DNA of 64,000 nt from an uncultured virus (IMG/VR IMGVR_UViG_2061766007_000176) (Duplodnaviria; Heunggongvirae; Uroviricota; Caudoviricetes): the IMG/VR virus record IMGVR_UViG_2061766007_000176. The stretch is one strand, 5' to 3'. This document shows positions 40,256 through 51,382 of the stretch, piece by piece; within the stretch, counting starts at the first letter, position 1; each line of letters starts with the position of its first letter. The notes under the pieces are model-generated. The model had not been told where the DNA came from, made no database searches, and saw only the letters and a list, made by a program, of their open reading frames with translations. Both the position numbers and the translations under genes were made by a program.

Positions 40256-41188
40256 TTAGGAACCAGCGACGGAGCCGATGTCATCTTCAGAAGCAGAACT
40301 AGTAGAACCGCTAATGTTATAACGAACTAGCTTCATCATTTCGTTTTCGCCCTGATCGTTAGTAGAACGTAGGACGTTTAGAGTCATTTCAAAGGTAGAA
40401 GGATCGCCTTCAGCCTGTAGAGTAATAGTAACATTGCTCTGTACCTTTGCCTTGTTGATAATGAACTGGAATGGCTCATCCTTACCGGTCTTTTCAGAAC
40501 GCATGAAAGTATCGCCAATTACCTTATAAGTGCCAGGGAAGGTATCTGGAGAAATAGTAACTTCAATAGCAGTTTCAGAACCGTCATTGTTAGATAGAAC
40601 TTCTTCCCAGAAAATACGAATATGATCGCCCTTGACAGAAGCAACAGCAGATTCACCAATCATCTTAGGATTCTTAAAGTTGATTGCACGCTCACCGGAA
40701 ATAGTACCAGAAGTTAACTGAGTACGAGCACCAGTGGTTAGATTGATTAAACGAATTGGATGATCAGCAGAAGCGGTAGGAGTTAATTCGATACCGGTTA
40801 GATGATCTTTTGGCTTTGGTACTACACCTGCATCGCCGCAAACGACTTCTTCAGTATGACGAACAACAACTGGAGCGTTAGCAACTGGCTTTTTGATAGC
40901 GCCGCCTAGCATGAAACGTAAGGATTCTAGAGAAAGTAGAGCATCCTCTAGAGTGATATTGATTTCCTTACCATAGTCCCACTGTACTAGTTTAGGATTG
41001 CCCCAACCGCCTTGTGCAGCAGTGTTTTCAGCAGTGGTTTCAATGGTGGATACCTTTAGAGTATCTAGGAATAGAACAATGTCTCCCTTGTAAACGCCAG
41101 CAGCGAGGTCATCTTCTAGAGCTTCAAAGTATACGTTAGCAACTTCTTTAATGCCATATTTATCAAAGATATTAACATTACTTGCCAT
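40256..41188 (-). CDS. major tail (tube) protein
   Basis: Position, strong RBS, biased codon use, TAG-free; 'GGWGNPKL.WD' and 'AEGDPSTF' tail-tube-type motifs. Confidence 0.8.
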   Translation of the reverse strand: MASNVNIFDKYGIKEVANVYFEALEDDLAAGVYKGDIVLFLDTLKVSTIETTAENTAAQGGWGNPKLVQWDYGKEINITLEDALLSLESLRFMLGGAIKKPVANAPVVVRHTEEVVCGDAGVVPKPKDHLTGIELTPTASADHPIRLINLTTGARTQLTSGTISGERAINFKNPKMIGESAVASVKGDHIRIFWEEVLSNNDGSETAIEVTISPDTFPGTYKVIGDTFMRSEKTGKDEPFQFIINKAKVQSNVTITLQAEGDPSTFEMTLNVLRSTNDQGENEMMKLVRYNISGSTSSASEDDIGSVAGS

Positions 41189-41204
41189 AAGAGTTTACCT
41201 CCTT

Positions 41205-41978
41205 TTATTTGTCTGGACTTGCAATGGATCGCATCCAATGCTTTAGCTAAGACTTGTTAATTTTAGCGCCTGCGAGAGCCGCTTTCTAATTTATATTAAA
41301 CTAGTCACGCCAGCCCATCCGCTTTAGCTAATCGTGAAAAGCATAATATGTAATATTCCAGATATTTGTCATATCTAGACCACAATCATTGAGAGTCATG
41401 CTCCCAATTAAATCTGACATTTTCATATCAGAACCTTCGCGCGCAGCCTATTTTGCTTTAGCTTTACGAACCTTCTCACGGTTCGCGCGCATCTACATTT
41501 TTAAACGCTTTGTAGCTGGATCATCATCATCATATATGATAATTTCTTCTCCTTCTATTTCTATAAAATACATTCTTTTAAGAATACGCTACAAATCATA
41601 AAAATGTTTTTCATCTAAAACATGCTATTCTTCTAATGGCCCTAATAATATTTGAGGCGGGTCAAGAGAAAAAGTTGCATTTGAATGAGTAAAAAAGTGA
41701 AAAGCTGATTTTACTAATGAATTTACCTATGCATCCATTGATACCATTAATAATAAATATTGAAAATCACTAATTGAATTTATTAATTCTCCTAATTCAT
41801 TTTCATCTTTTATATCCGTAGGTTTAGTAACAGTTAGTATTCCTAAATACTACTAAAATTTATCATAACCTATATCAACAATTTCACCTAATGTTACTGA
41901 ATAAACAGCACAAATATCTTCTAAAAATACTGGACCGCCTTTTAAAAATTTTAATACTTCATTATCAGTTAAATTCAT
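41205..41978 (-). CDS. hypothetical tail-region protein (TAG read through; absent from the ORF track)
   Basis: MNLTDNEVLKFLKGGP...HWMRSIASPDK; 257 aa in one frame. Confidence 0.65.
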
Positions 41979-42468
41979 TTATCTAATATAACATCGAATA
42001 ACCACCAATTTGTGGGGTTAATACTATACTCTCTGCTCTAACAAACTATAAAGTTCCAATTCCAGCCATCTATGCGCCATTAAACATTTCATCAATCTCT
42101 TGCATCATAAGATATGGACGTAAAGATTCTTCATTCAACACCCATTCATCATATGGGCAAGCAACATCAAAGCGCACAGTTGACAATTTAAAATCGGGAT
42201 TTAATGTATTCGTTATAAAATTAGAAAATATAGCTACTATGTACGATGTTTTCTCCGTACTTTCATCGAATATTTTTGGCATAATCATAATTTGTCTATT
42301 TAACAAATCTATGCCATTAACATCCGGATATTCTTTACTAAAAGGATCGCGTACCTAATATTTAAGAAGACGACATAATTTCTAATTCTACATCAGCTTA
42401 TTGGCGATATTAAATGCATTCTTGCCCATAACCGCAAATCTGCGTTGTCCGGTTTTTTCTCCTGCCAT
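41965..42468 (-). CDS. putative tail terminator/neck protein (TAG read through)
   Basis: In frame with ORF 42306; RBS gaggtg; 'LRPYLMMQEIDEMFNG'. Confidence 0.6.
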
Positions 42469-42478
42469 TTAACTCACC

Positions 42479-43750
42479 TCACCATAGAGGTACTACTTTA
42501 ATAACCTTTGTATAGGTTTTCGCGCCGTATTCCGCGCTTAAAGTAATTTCTCCTAATTTATTTTTTGCATTCGCATGAAGTACACACACCTATACATTGT
42601 GCTAATTTATCTCTTCAATCTTTATTTCACTTATTTCCGCTAAAGGTTTCTTTAAATCTCCAGCATCTAATGTATAAGTAATACCATCAGAAATCATATC
42701 TTTAGTATCATCATTCATTAAATAATAAGTAGAATAACGATCTAAACGAATTGAATCTGCGCCCTCAATAAACAGAGAATCAACATTGGGTTCATTAATA
42801 GTAATTTCAAATTCCTTTGTAACTGCTTTACGTGGATCTGTTGCATCATAATTTTTTAAACGCATTTTCATAATAAACTATCCTGCTTGATTAGCAATAT
42901 AGTGTTCATTTTCAGCATCCCATCTTACGTAAGTAGTATTCTCTGGTGGAATTAATACTATTTCCCATTCATTTAATGTCTATGCAGTAAATTGCGGAAT
43001 AATTGCTTCTCCAATTGTATAAACATTATTTAAAGTGGGGAATAAAAGTCTATCTGTTTCAGCCACATCAACTATTCTATCATCATATTGATAGTTTACT
43101 TTACTTTCAGTTAAAGACATATATACAATACCCTCAACACTAGTCCAATCACATTCAATTACTACCCATCCTTCATCTTCTATAATGAAGGTGACTCCGC
43201 GCATTAACTAATCTTTATCTGGGCCGTCAGCTAATTCGGGACGAGGCATAATAATTTCTGCAAATTTATTAGGTTGTGGTGAAATAAGAGAATGCCACAT
43301 TCTGAAATTACTTTTAACTTTGCTATCTACAGAACTCACGGCATAAGCCCATGATTTCTTTAGATAGCCATTATTATCAATCCATTTTAATTCATAATTA
43401 CATTTTATAATCTAAAATGTTTGGTATTGTGGGTGTACTTTATGTATTTGCTATAATAAAAGCCATTTTTCAATAGCTCCATTATCTTGGCGCCATGTAA
43501 GTATATCACCAACTTTAATTGGAATATCATTGGCAACATACAAATACATGAGCTTCATTTCTTCCTTATCCTTACTCGTTTCGATTATGCCGCTAAAATA
43601 TAATCCACGTTCAACGGATAAGTCTTCTACTGTAAATGGAGATTGTGCCATCCATTTTTCAAAAGCCACAATCCCGCTATTTTTAATACGCTCAGCTGTA
43701 GTTTCTCCAAAATGATTTAATCGAGAAAAATATACATCAAGATAATTCAT
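42479..43750 (-). CDS. putative head-closure/neck protein (TAG read through)
   Basis: ORFs 43768, 43204 and 42871 share one frame; ends TGA. Confidence 0.65.
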
Positions 43751-44072
43751 GAGGAATATCCAACCCATCTACTAAATTTATACATTCAAAAATATACTTT
43801 CTGAAGTATTCGTAAGATAAGTAACGCAAGAGCGCCATCTTCCCTAACAAGGGCCACCAGTTAATGGAATTGGCGCCAAGTCCCATCAATTCAATCATAA
43901 TGGAATCCAAGAATTTTTCCCACTCACCATCTTTTTCGCGCTCACATAAAAGACCGTATAACCGACCCTTTAACTTATTTTTATAGCCATCAAAGGTTGC
44001 TTCAGCTACGTTGTCTTTTCCCTGCCAATTGTCTGAATATTTCTGCAGGGGCTTTTCCACGCGATCTATCAT
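43737..44072 (-). CDS. hypothetical protein (start uncertain)
   Basis: ORF between the neck genes. Confidence 0.55.
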   Translation of the reverse strand: MIDRVEKPLQKYSDNWQGKDNVAEATFDGYKNKLKGRLYGLLCEREKDGEWEKFLDSIMIELMGLGANSINWWPLLGKMALLRYLSYEYFRKYIFECINLVDGLDIPHELS

Positions 44073-44493
44073 ATAAATCCTACTATTCTTCGACTTCTTT
44101 CAGCACATAAGCTGAAAGGTCATTTAATTTATCAAGATGGTTTGCCATTGAGAAATCTTTGGATGTATAAAGCTGACCGATATGTTCCCAACTTGCCACA
44201 CACCGTTTAATCCATTCATGCTTCATATATACTGCTAGAAGCTGAATTTCATCGTTGGTCAAGTCTTCTTTGAACTAATATATTTTAAGTTGAGGAGAAC
44301 TATCTTCAATATCAGCGGCAGATACCTCCTCAAAATCTAAACTCACACGGGGATATTTAAACCGAGCAATGGCCATTTTGAGAAGTTCTTGCCAATCTCG
44401 TTCGACTATAGCTAACTCTTCTTCTAATGTCCATTCGTCTGCGGTTATACGTGCGAGAAATGCATCATAAACCTTTAAGAAGGGTGTTGCCAT
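44002..44493 (-). CDS. putative head-tail adaptor protein (TAG read through)
   Basis: MATPFLKVYDAFL...LTNDEIQLLA...KDFSMANHL; includes tandem TAG TAG; ends TGA. Confidence 0.65.
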
Positions 44494-44499
44494 AATTCA

Positions 44500-44940
44500 T
44501 CACTTCTCTTCTGCGTCGTGCTTTTTGGCAATAGCATCAATAATATCAACGCCGCAGTATTTCTTAATCAGAGTTACAAATCCCTGATTAGTAATTTTAT
44601 GCTCGACTGCTAATGTAACTGCGCTCTCTTTTTCAGCTTCTGTTGCCTTCGGAATAAACTTTGCGAACTCAGTTATATTATTTTCTAATAGCATTTTCTG
44701 AATCTTACTTGCCTCAAAAACTGGGCCAACATTAGCTACTTGCTGATCTTCAGTAATACCTTCAACAACAATGTAATGTCCATCGACTAAAGCAGTAAAG
44801 CCAGGGTCGAAAGTAAGTTCATCATATTCTTCTTCTGTTACTGGAATTGAACGCCCAGGCGTTAATTCACGATTTAATTTGATACTTGGCACGTATAAAG
44901 ATACGAGCGAAGTACTTACATTTTTAATTCTAATACTCAT
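44500..44940 (-). CDS. hypothetical head-region protein
   Basis: Clean ORF with RBS aggagg directly after the capsid gene. Confidence 0.7.
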   Translation of the reverse strand: MSIRIKNVSTSLVSLYVPSIKLNRELTPGRSIPVTEEEYDELTFDPGFTALVDGHYIVVEGITEDQQVANVGPVFEASKIQKMLLENNITEFAKFIPKATEAEKESAVTLAVEHKITNQGFVTLIKKYCGVDIIDAIAKKHDAEEK

Positions 44941-44967
44941 GGTATTATCCTCCTTTTAACTCCAAAT

Positions 44968-44993
44968 TGGGAGGGGAGTATTACTCCCCTCCC
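44968..44993 (-). terminator. stem-loop after the capsid gene (terminator or mRNA-stabilising hairpin)
   Basis: GGGAGGGGAGTA/TACTCCCCTCCC inverted repeat. Confidence 0.6.
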
Positions 44994-45001
44994 TATATCA
45001 A

Positions 45002-45925
45002 TTAGGCACTGGTGGTGCCAACTAGAGCCTGGTTATAGGTTTCCCAACCGCTGCCAGCATCTAGAGAACTATTATAATAGATTCCCCAGTAGTTAGGAGT
45101 GGTGAAGAGGCCTACGCCAACCTTTACATAGCCCTGTAGTACAAAGCTATTGTCACCTTCGTGGTCATCCCACTCACGGAAGTAAGGAGACCCTTCGAAA
45201 GCCATCTTGATAATCTTTTCTTTGCTAGCTGGTAATACATAAGCAAAGGAAGGATTCATTAGTAATTTCTCGTTCTTTTCGTCAACGAAAGACTGAGGCA
45301 TTACGATAACTGGTACGCCCTGGAACTTACCAATGTATCCACGTTCACGCACATCGATCATATCCTGATCAGAAATCTTGGTGGTCTCGTTATAAACGAT
45401 AGCATTTACCATTTCTGCAGCGAACTCAGGAGTGCAGTAGATAACTGGAGAGCCATAAGGAGCAACAGTATTGCATAGTTTCTTCATAGCAGCAGGATTA
45501 AAAGCATTAGCAGCTACCTTGTTGCGAACTGGACGACCAGCAGCGTTCCAAGAAGCTAGTAAGCATTCCTGTACCATTTCGAATAGACGATCTACGATAC
45601 CTTCTTGGATTACTTCGTAGATGTCGGTCATAGACTCTAAACCATCTAGGTAACGTTCGAAGTCGACATAGCCGGCGCCGCCGATAGCCTGGATGTATAG
45701 ATCAAAACGATCACGGTCAAGACGGAAGGTCTCATAGTTACCAGATTCGGTAGCACGAGTAACGAACTGCTTGCCACGAACTTTACCGCGGGTTACACGG
45801 AACTCTGGGCGAGTGCCCTGAGCATAATTCTTTACTTCAACAAACATATCAAGAGCAGACTTGACATTCTGTGGGAGCATTTCCTCTAGATTTTCTTCTA
45901 AGAGTTCAAACACATCTTCCTTATT
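45002..45925 (-). CDS. major capsid protein, variant A (5' end in gap)
   Basis: Position after protease and decoration genes; highly expressed codon bias; TAG-free. Confidence 0.75.
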   Translation of the reverse strand, partial: NKEDVFELLEENLEEMLPQNVKSALDMFVEVKNYAQGTRPEFRVTRGKVRGKQFVTRATESGNYETFRLDRDRFDLYIQAIGGAGYVDFERYLDGLESMTDIYEVIQEGIVDRLFEMVQECLLASWNAAGRPVRNKVAANAFNPAAMKKLCNTVAPYGSPVIYCTPEFAAEMVNAIVYNETTKISDQDMIDVRERGYIGKFQGVPVIVMPQSFVDEKNEKLLMNPSFAYVLPASKEKIIKMAFEGSPYFREWDDHEGDNSFVLQGYVKVGVGLFTTPNYWGIYYNSSLDAGSGWETYNQALVGTTSA

Positions 45926-45935
45926 NNNNNNNNNN

Positions 45936-46885
45936 TTAGGAGTAGTGAATAGACCAACACCAACCTTTACATAACCCTGTAGTACGAAACTGTTATCGCC
46001 CTCGTGGTCATCCCACTCACGGAAATAAGGAGAACCTTCAAAAGCCATCTTGATAATCTTTTCCTTACCAGCTGGTAGGACATAAGCGAAAGATGGGTTG
46101 AATAATAACTTCTCATTCTTCTCATCAGTAAAGGACTGAGGCATTACAACAACTGGTACGCCCTGGAACTTGCCGATATAGCCACGTTCACGAATATCAA
46201 TCATATCCTGATCAGAAATCTTGCCACCAACCCAGCTTGGATTAACATTGCTGTAAACAATAGCATTTACCATTTCAGCTGCAAACTCAGGAGTGCAGTA
46301 GATAATTGGAGAGCCATAAGGAGCAACAGTGTTGCATAGTTTCTTCATAGCGGTAGGATTGAAAGTGTTAGCAGCGACCTTGTTACGAGCTGGACGTCCA
46401 GCGGCGTTCCAAGAAGCTAATAGACATTCCTGAACCATTTCGAATAGACGATCAACAATACCTTCCTGGATTACTGCATAAATATCAGTCATGTTCTCTA
46501 GACCATCTAAATAACGTTCGAAGTCAACATATCCAGCGCCACCAATAGCCTGAATATATAGATCGAAACGATCACGGTCGAGACGGAAGGTCTCATAGTT
46601 ACCAGATTCAGTAGCACGAGTTACAAACTGCTTGCCACGAACCTTACCACGTACAANNNNNNNNNNNNNNNNNNNNNNNNNNNNCCTGAGCGTAATTCTT
46701 AACCTCAACAAACATATCGAGAGCACTCTTTACGTTCTGAGGGAGCATTTCTTCTAGATTTTCTTCTAGTAATTCAAAAATTTCATACTTATTCTTTTCG
46801 AATACGTGACGATTGAAGTTCTTGCCATCCTTAGTCATTAGCTTTGCTAATTCATCGCGGAGAGCGGCTTCATAATCGTAATTTT
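45936..46885 (-). CDS. major capsid protein, variant B (both ends in gaps)
   Basis: Colinear with variant A, with an insertion 'SNVNPSWVGG'. Confidence 0.7.
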
Positions 46886-46895
46886 NNNNNNNNNN

Positions 46896-47368
46896 GCAAC
46901 AGATAAATCTTTCTCTAAAGCTTCCCATAGAGCAGCTTCAGTAGCAAATTCACTGTCATTATACTGTAAGCAATTGGTGGTTACAGTATCGCCTAGGCCT
47001 AGAATACCAACACGAGGATAATCCCCAGCGATCTTGCGGCCGAAGCGTTGTAGACCATAATGATTCATGTCATATTCTTTTTCAGTAGTATAAACAATAC
47101 CAATTGGGGAAGAGGTTGCAGCGGCAGGAGCATCAATTACTCCAGCGGCTTTATCAGCTACGACCCACATACCATTCTCGCATACACCGTATTTGTTCTC
47201 ACCAGGAACAAACTTTGGTCCGAGAGGAGTCTGAGAAACTACCATACCAGTCTTTGGGAATGCTACCTGGTTTAGTTCTAGGCTGGCGTATAGCTTTTCA
47301 TCGGGATCACGATGCTGAGCAACTAGATCGCCTTCGACATTAGTAATAGGAAATCTATTGTATGCCAT
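46896..47368 (-). CDS. capsid decoration/cement-like protein, variant 1 (3' end in gap)
   Basis: MAYNRFPIT...ENGMWVVADK; lies immediately upstream of the capsid gene. Confidence 0.6.
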
Positions 47369-47403
47369 AAGTTATTCCTCCTTAATTCTTGCGNNNNNNN
47401 NNN

Positions 47404-47950
47404 AAGCTAATAAGCATTCCTGTACCATGCGGAATAGCTCATCGGTGATACCTTCTTGAATGACTTCGTAAATATCGGTCATGTTCTCTAGACCATCTAG
47501 ATAACGTTCGAAGTCAACATATCCACCCATACCAATAGCTTGGATGTATAAATCAAAGCGATCATGGTCTAGACGGAAGGTCTCATAGTTACCAGATTCA
47601 GTGGCACGAGTTACAAACTGTTTACCACGAATTTTACCGCGGGTTACACGGAACTCTGGACGCTGACCCTGAGCATAATATTTAATATCAACAAACATAT
47701 CTAGAGCGCTCTTTACATTCTGTGGAAGAACTTCTTCTAGATTTTCTTCTAATAGTTCAAATACTTCATGCTTATTCTGTTCGAATACATGACGATTGAA
47801 CTCCATTACGCCGGTCTTACGATTTGGCTTACACATTAACTTAGTAAGTTCATCGCGGAGAGCGGCCTCATAATCATAATTTTCTGCTGCAAATTCAGCA
47901 GGAACGGCACGACCAAATACGCCGTTCATTAACATAGATAGCTTATTCAT
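47404..47950 (-). CDS. major capsid protein, variant C (N-terminal half)
   Basis: MNKLSMLMNGVFGRAVPAE...; homologous to variants A and B. Confidence 0.7.
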
Positions 47951-47964
47951 AAGTCGCACCTCCA

Positions 47965-48609
47965 TTATACACGAATAATCTGATACTTAACGCCGAGACC
48001 GCCGTTAGGAATCGTATAGAATTTAGTAATACGTCCGTAAATGCCCGCCTGTGGAATACCAGCAGCTTTGACGATTACAGGAACTGCCTTAGCAGAACTT
48101 GCAGTAGCGTCAGAAGCATTACCAGGAATTACGTATAGAGCATTAGCAGCAACGGATAAGTCTTTCTTTAGAGCTTCTAGTAAAGCAGCATCATTAGCGA
48201 AAACGCTGGTGCTGTACTGTAGGCAGTTAGTAGTGACGGTATCACCAACGCCTAAGATACCAACACGAGGATAATCGCCAGCAATCTTGCGGCCAAAGCG
48301 TTGTAGACCATAATGTTCACGGTCATATTCTTTTTCAGTAGTATATACAATACCAATTGGAGCGTCTGTTGCATTAGCTGGTGGATTAATCGCGCCAGCG
48401 GCCTTATCAGCAACTACCCACATACCATTCTCACATGGAGCGGCCTTGGTGAAGTCAGTTCCGAGAGGGGTCTGAGAAACTACCATACCAGTCTTTGGGA
48501 ATGCTACTTGGTTTAGTTCGAGGCTGGCGTATAGCTTTTCATCAGGATCGCGATGCTGAGCAACTAGATCGCCTTCAACATTAGTAATAGGAAATCTATT
48601 GTATGCCAT
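47965..48609 (-). CDS. capsid decoration/cement-like protein, variant 2 (complete)
   Basis: RBS aggagg; 214 aa; paralogous to 46896..47368 and 48735..49247. Confidence 0.65.
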   Translation of the reverse strand: MAYNRFPITNVEGDLVAQHRDPDEKLYASLELNQVAFPKTGMVVSQTPLGTDFTKAAPCENGMWVVADKAAGAINPPANATDAPIGIVYTTEKEYDREHYGLQRFGRKIAGDYPRVGILGVGDTVTTNCLQYSTSVFANDAALLEALKKDLSVAANALYVIPGNASDATASSAKAVPVIVKAAGIPQAGIYGRITKFYTIPNGGLGVKYQIIRV

Positions 48610-48734
48610 AAGTTATTCCTCCTTAGTTCTTGCGATATTTTTGCATAAATAACNNNNNNNNNNTTCCGCAGGAACGGCACGACCAAATACGCCGTTCATT
48701 AAAGCACGTAGATTATTCATAAGTCGCACCTCCA

Positions 48735-49247
48735 TTATAGTCTCACGATCTGATACTTAACGCCTTTGCCACCATTAGGAATGGTGTAGTACTTCACGAT
48801 CTTAGCTAAAATGCCAGAACCAGGCTTATTAGCTTCTTTGAAGATCTGAGGAACTGGGCTACCAGCTTTAATGCCAACATATAGAGGATTAGCAGCTAAA
48901 TCATTTAAAGCGGCCTCTAAAGCAGCATCATTAGCGAAGTGAGCAGTATCATATTGTAAGCAGTTAGTAGTAACGGTATCGCCTAAGCCTAGGATGCCAA
49001 CACGAGGATAATCCCCAGCGACTTTGCGGCCAAAGCGTTGTAAACCATAGTGATTCATATCATATTCTTTTTCAGTGGTATAAACAATACCAATTGGGGA
49101 AGCAGTTGCAGCAGCAGGAGCATCAATGATGCCAGCGGCCTTATCAGCAACTACCCACATACCATTCTCGCATACACCATATTTGTCGTCACCAACAACA
49201 AATTTTGGTCCGAGAGGGGTCTGAGAAACTACCATACCAGTCTTTGG
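48735..49247 (-). CDS. capsid decoration/cement-like protein, variant 3 (5' end in gap); followed by a capsid 5' fragment at 48664-48720
   Basis: PKTGMVVSQTPLG...GVKYQIVRL, then MNNLRALMNGVFGRAVPAE. Confidence 0.6.
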   Translation of the reverse strand, partial: PKTGMVVSQTPLGPKFVVGDDKYGVCENGMWVVADKAAGIIDAPAAATASPIGIVYTTEKEYDMNHYGLQRFGRKVAGDYPRVGILGLGDTVTTNCLQYDTAHFANDAALEAALNDLAANPLYVGIKAGSPVPQIFKEANKPGSGILAKIVKYYTIPNGGKGVKYQIVRL

Positions 49248-49257
49248 NNNNNNNNNN

Positions 49258-49818
49258 AGTATCATCATTCTTACTAAAGAAAGAAGATACAGAGAAACAT
49301 GGTTCGTGGTCACCGATTATACACAGCCCCATGATTTCAGCTTTAGTATAGACAAAATACTCAGTATCACCGATATTCGCCCAATCACCTTCAATTGAGT
49401 TAATATCAAGTTCCATTGATTGATTTTGTCCTACAACGAAATTGGCTTCGTTGAAATATTTAGTGAATAGCACGACAGAGAAAACCGCATAATCGCGCTC
49501 TACTCCGTCAGTATCCTTAAAAGGTTGCCATCCATCAAAATATTCAACGTAACCATATGCGCTGGCAAGTGTTGGACCAGTATGACTTGCCCAACCCTTT
49601 GATTCTGGATCAAAAAATCCGACCACAGGAGTATCGCCACGAGTTGCACTTTCAATCATCATGTTTGCAACTGGCTCTGTGATATAAGAACCATTTCTAT
49701 TACCATATTTGGTAAAGACGCCAACTTTTAATCTATTAAGACCGGATGAGCCATTGATAGGTTCGGCTGGCGACATTATAATAGCATTATCGAAATAAAT
49801 TGGAATATTTCTTTTCAT
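49258..49818 (-). CDS. prohead protease/scaffold protein (N-terminal part; truncated by gap)
   Basis: NRNGSYI, PVVG, QSMEL, GLCIIG..EPCF motifs; follows the portal gene. Confidence 0.75.
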
Positions 49819-49832
49819 AATTTTCGCCCTCC

Positions 49833-51377
49833 TTAACTTGCGCTATCAATGTTATCCTACGTTTTTTGAGAACGATCTTCATCAGCTAACGTAGGTCTAC
49901 CGCCCTTATTAGTTATGTCTTTAGACTATGACCCACTATTACTATTTTTTTCTGAAGAATTATTTTTTCCTTCAGAATTTTCATCACCTGTTTGAGTATA
50001 AGATGACATAAGTGGTATCATTTTTTCATCTAAATTTAAGAACTCATTTTCAAAATCAATAGCACTTACAAAATTACGCTGTTTTACACCTAGCGCCGCC
50101 GCCAATCTCATACGAGGATAACCAAACTGCGCCGATTGTAAATAATGTCCAATATAATCTTTTAAGTTAAATTTAGTAGTGGGAAGAATTTCAAAATCAA
50201 AACTCAATCCTGTGCGGCTAAATCTGCTATTGATTAAGAATTTAATCCAGTTCGCATAAGCATTAATGTATTCCTACATTGTGCTTTCTAATCTCTTAAT
50301 AACATAAGCTAGTGAAGAACTATTGTCAGCATTAAAGAATAATTTACTCATTCCTAAGCTATCCCAAGCATTATCGTTATATTTTTCAAGACGGTTGTTA
50401 GCTTGAGAGGCAGCAGATGTATCCTGTAAATTTTCAAGAGTAGTTTCACCAAATGTTGTTAAAACATCAACGGTATCTAGCTCTTGTAACATATTAGCTA
50501 CACCGGCGTGAATTTGCGCAACTTCATCTAATTCAAATACTAAATGTCCATCATTATCAATAGGCATTCTCTGAATTAATAATTTATATAGCTCATTTTC
50601 ATCGCGTTTTTCCTCACGCGCAATAGCATCCTTTTGCTTTGCTAAATCAATAAGAGCTGCGATTATTGGAGGAGTGGTATCTTCTGCGAAACAGAAAACC
50701 ACACCGCCCGCGTTAGCAGGAACCATAACCCAAGGATCATCTAAAGCATTTGCTTTATATAATTTCCATGCTTTCTAAATAGCCTCCGGATAATTTAGAA
50801 TAGCATAACTACGAGTTTTGTCATCATCAAATTTAGTAACAAAATAAGTAATATTAAACTCTAAAATTGGTAAATCATTAAAATCCTTAAAGCGAGTACG
50901 GCAGTAATCTAATGGTAAATCCTATACTACAACCTTATCGCCCTACTCTTGTAATACACCATAATATATACCAGATTTTAGCCATTCTTTAGTAATTCGC
51001 GCTAAAAGTGATTTTATATTAAGAGCCTCGACAAAGCTACAAGCATTATAAAATGCTTTTATAATCTATGTTTTAGAACCTTTTCCAGATTCATAAATTG
51101 GAGTTACTAGTGTATCATATAAGAAAAGATTGGATAAAAAACCAACTACATTACGATAGCGCCCATTCGTTCTATAATAGTAACGGGATAGCTCTCGAAT
51201 GGCAGAAGCTTCACCAGAACGAATAATTGTTTCAATTTCATCCACAGTGAAATCTCTATCTACTACACCATTCGATCTGCGGCCACCCCAACGAGAGATG
51301 CGTTCACGAGAGTCGATCGGTACATAATTAATCTTATACTATGCGTTTTTAAACATAGTAGCAAAATCTCTACTCAT
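49833..51377 (-). CDS. portal protein (~514 aa, TAG read through)
   Basis: Between terminase and protease; ORFs 50726 and 50207 in frame; C-terminal 'PLMSSYTQ...GGRP'. Confidence 0.8.
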
Positions 51378-51382
51378 AAAAT

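Noticed and set aside
45002..46726. 574-aa tandem double-capsid fusion ORF
   Set aside because: Created by translation through N-gaps joining two capsid variants
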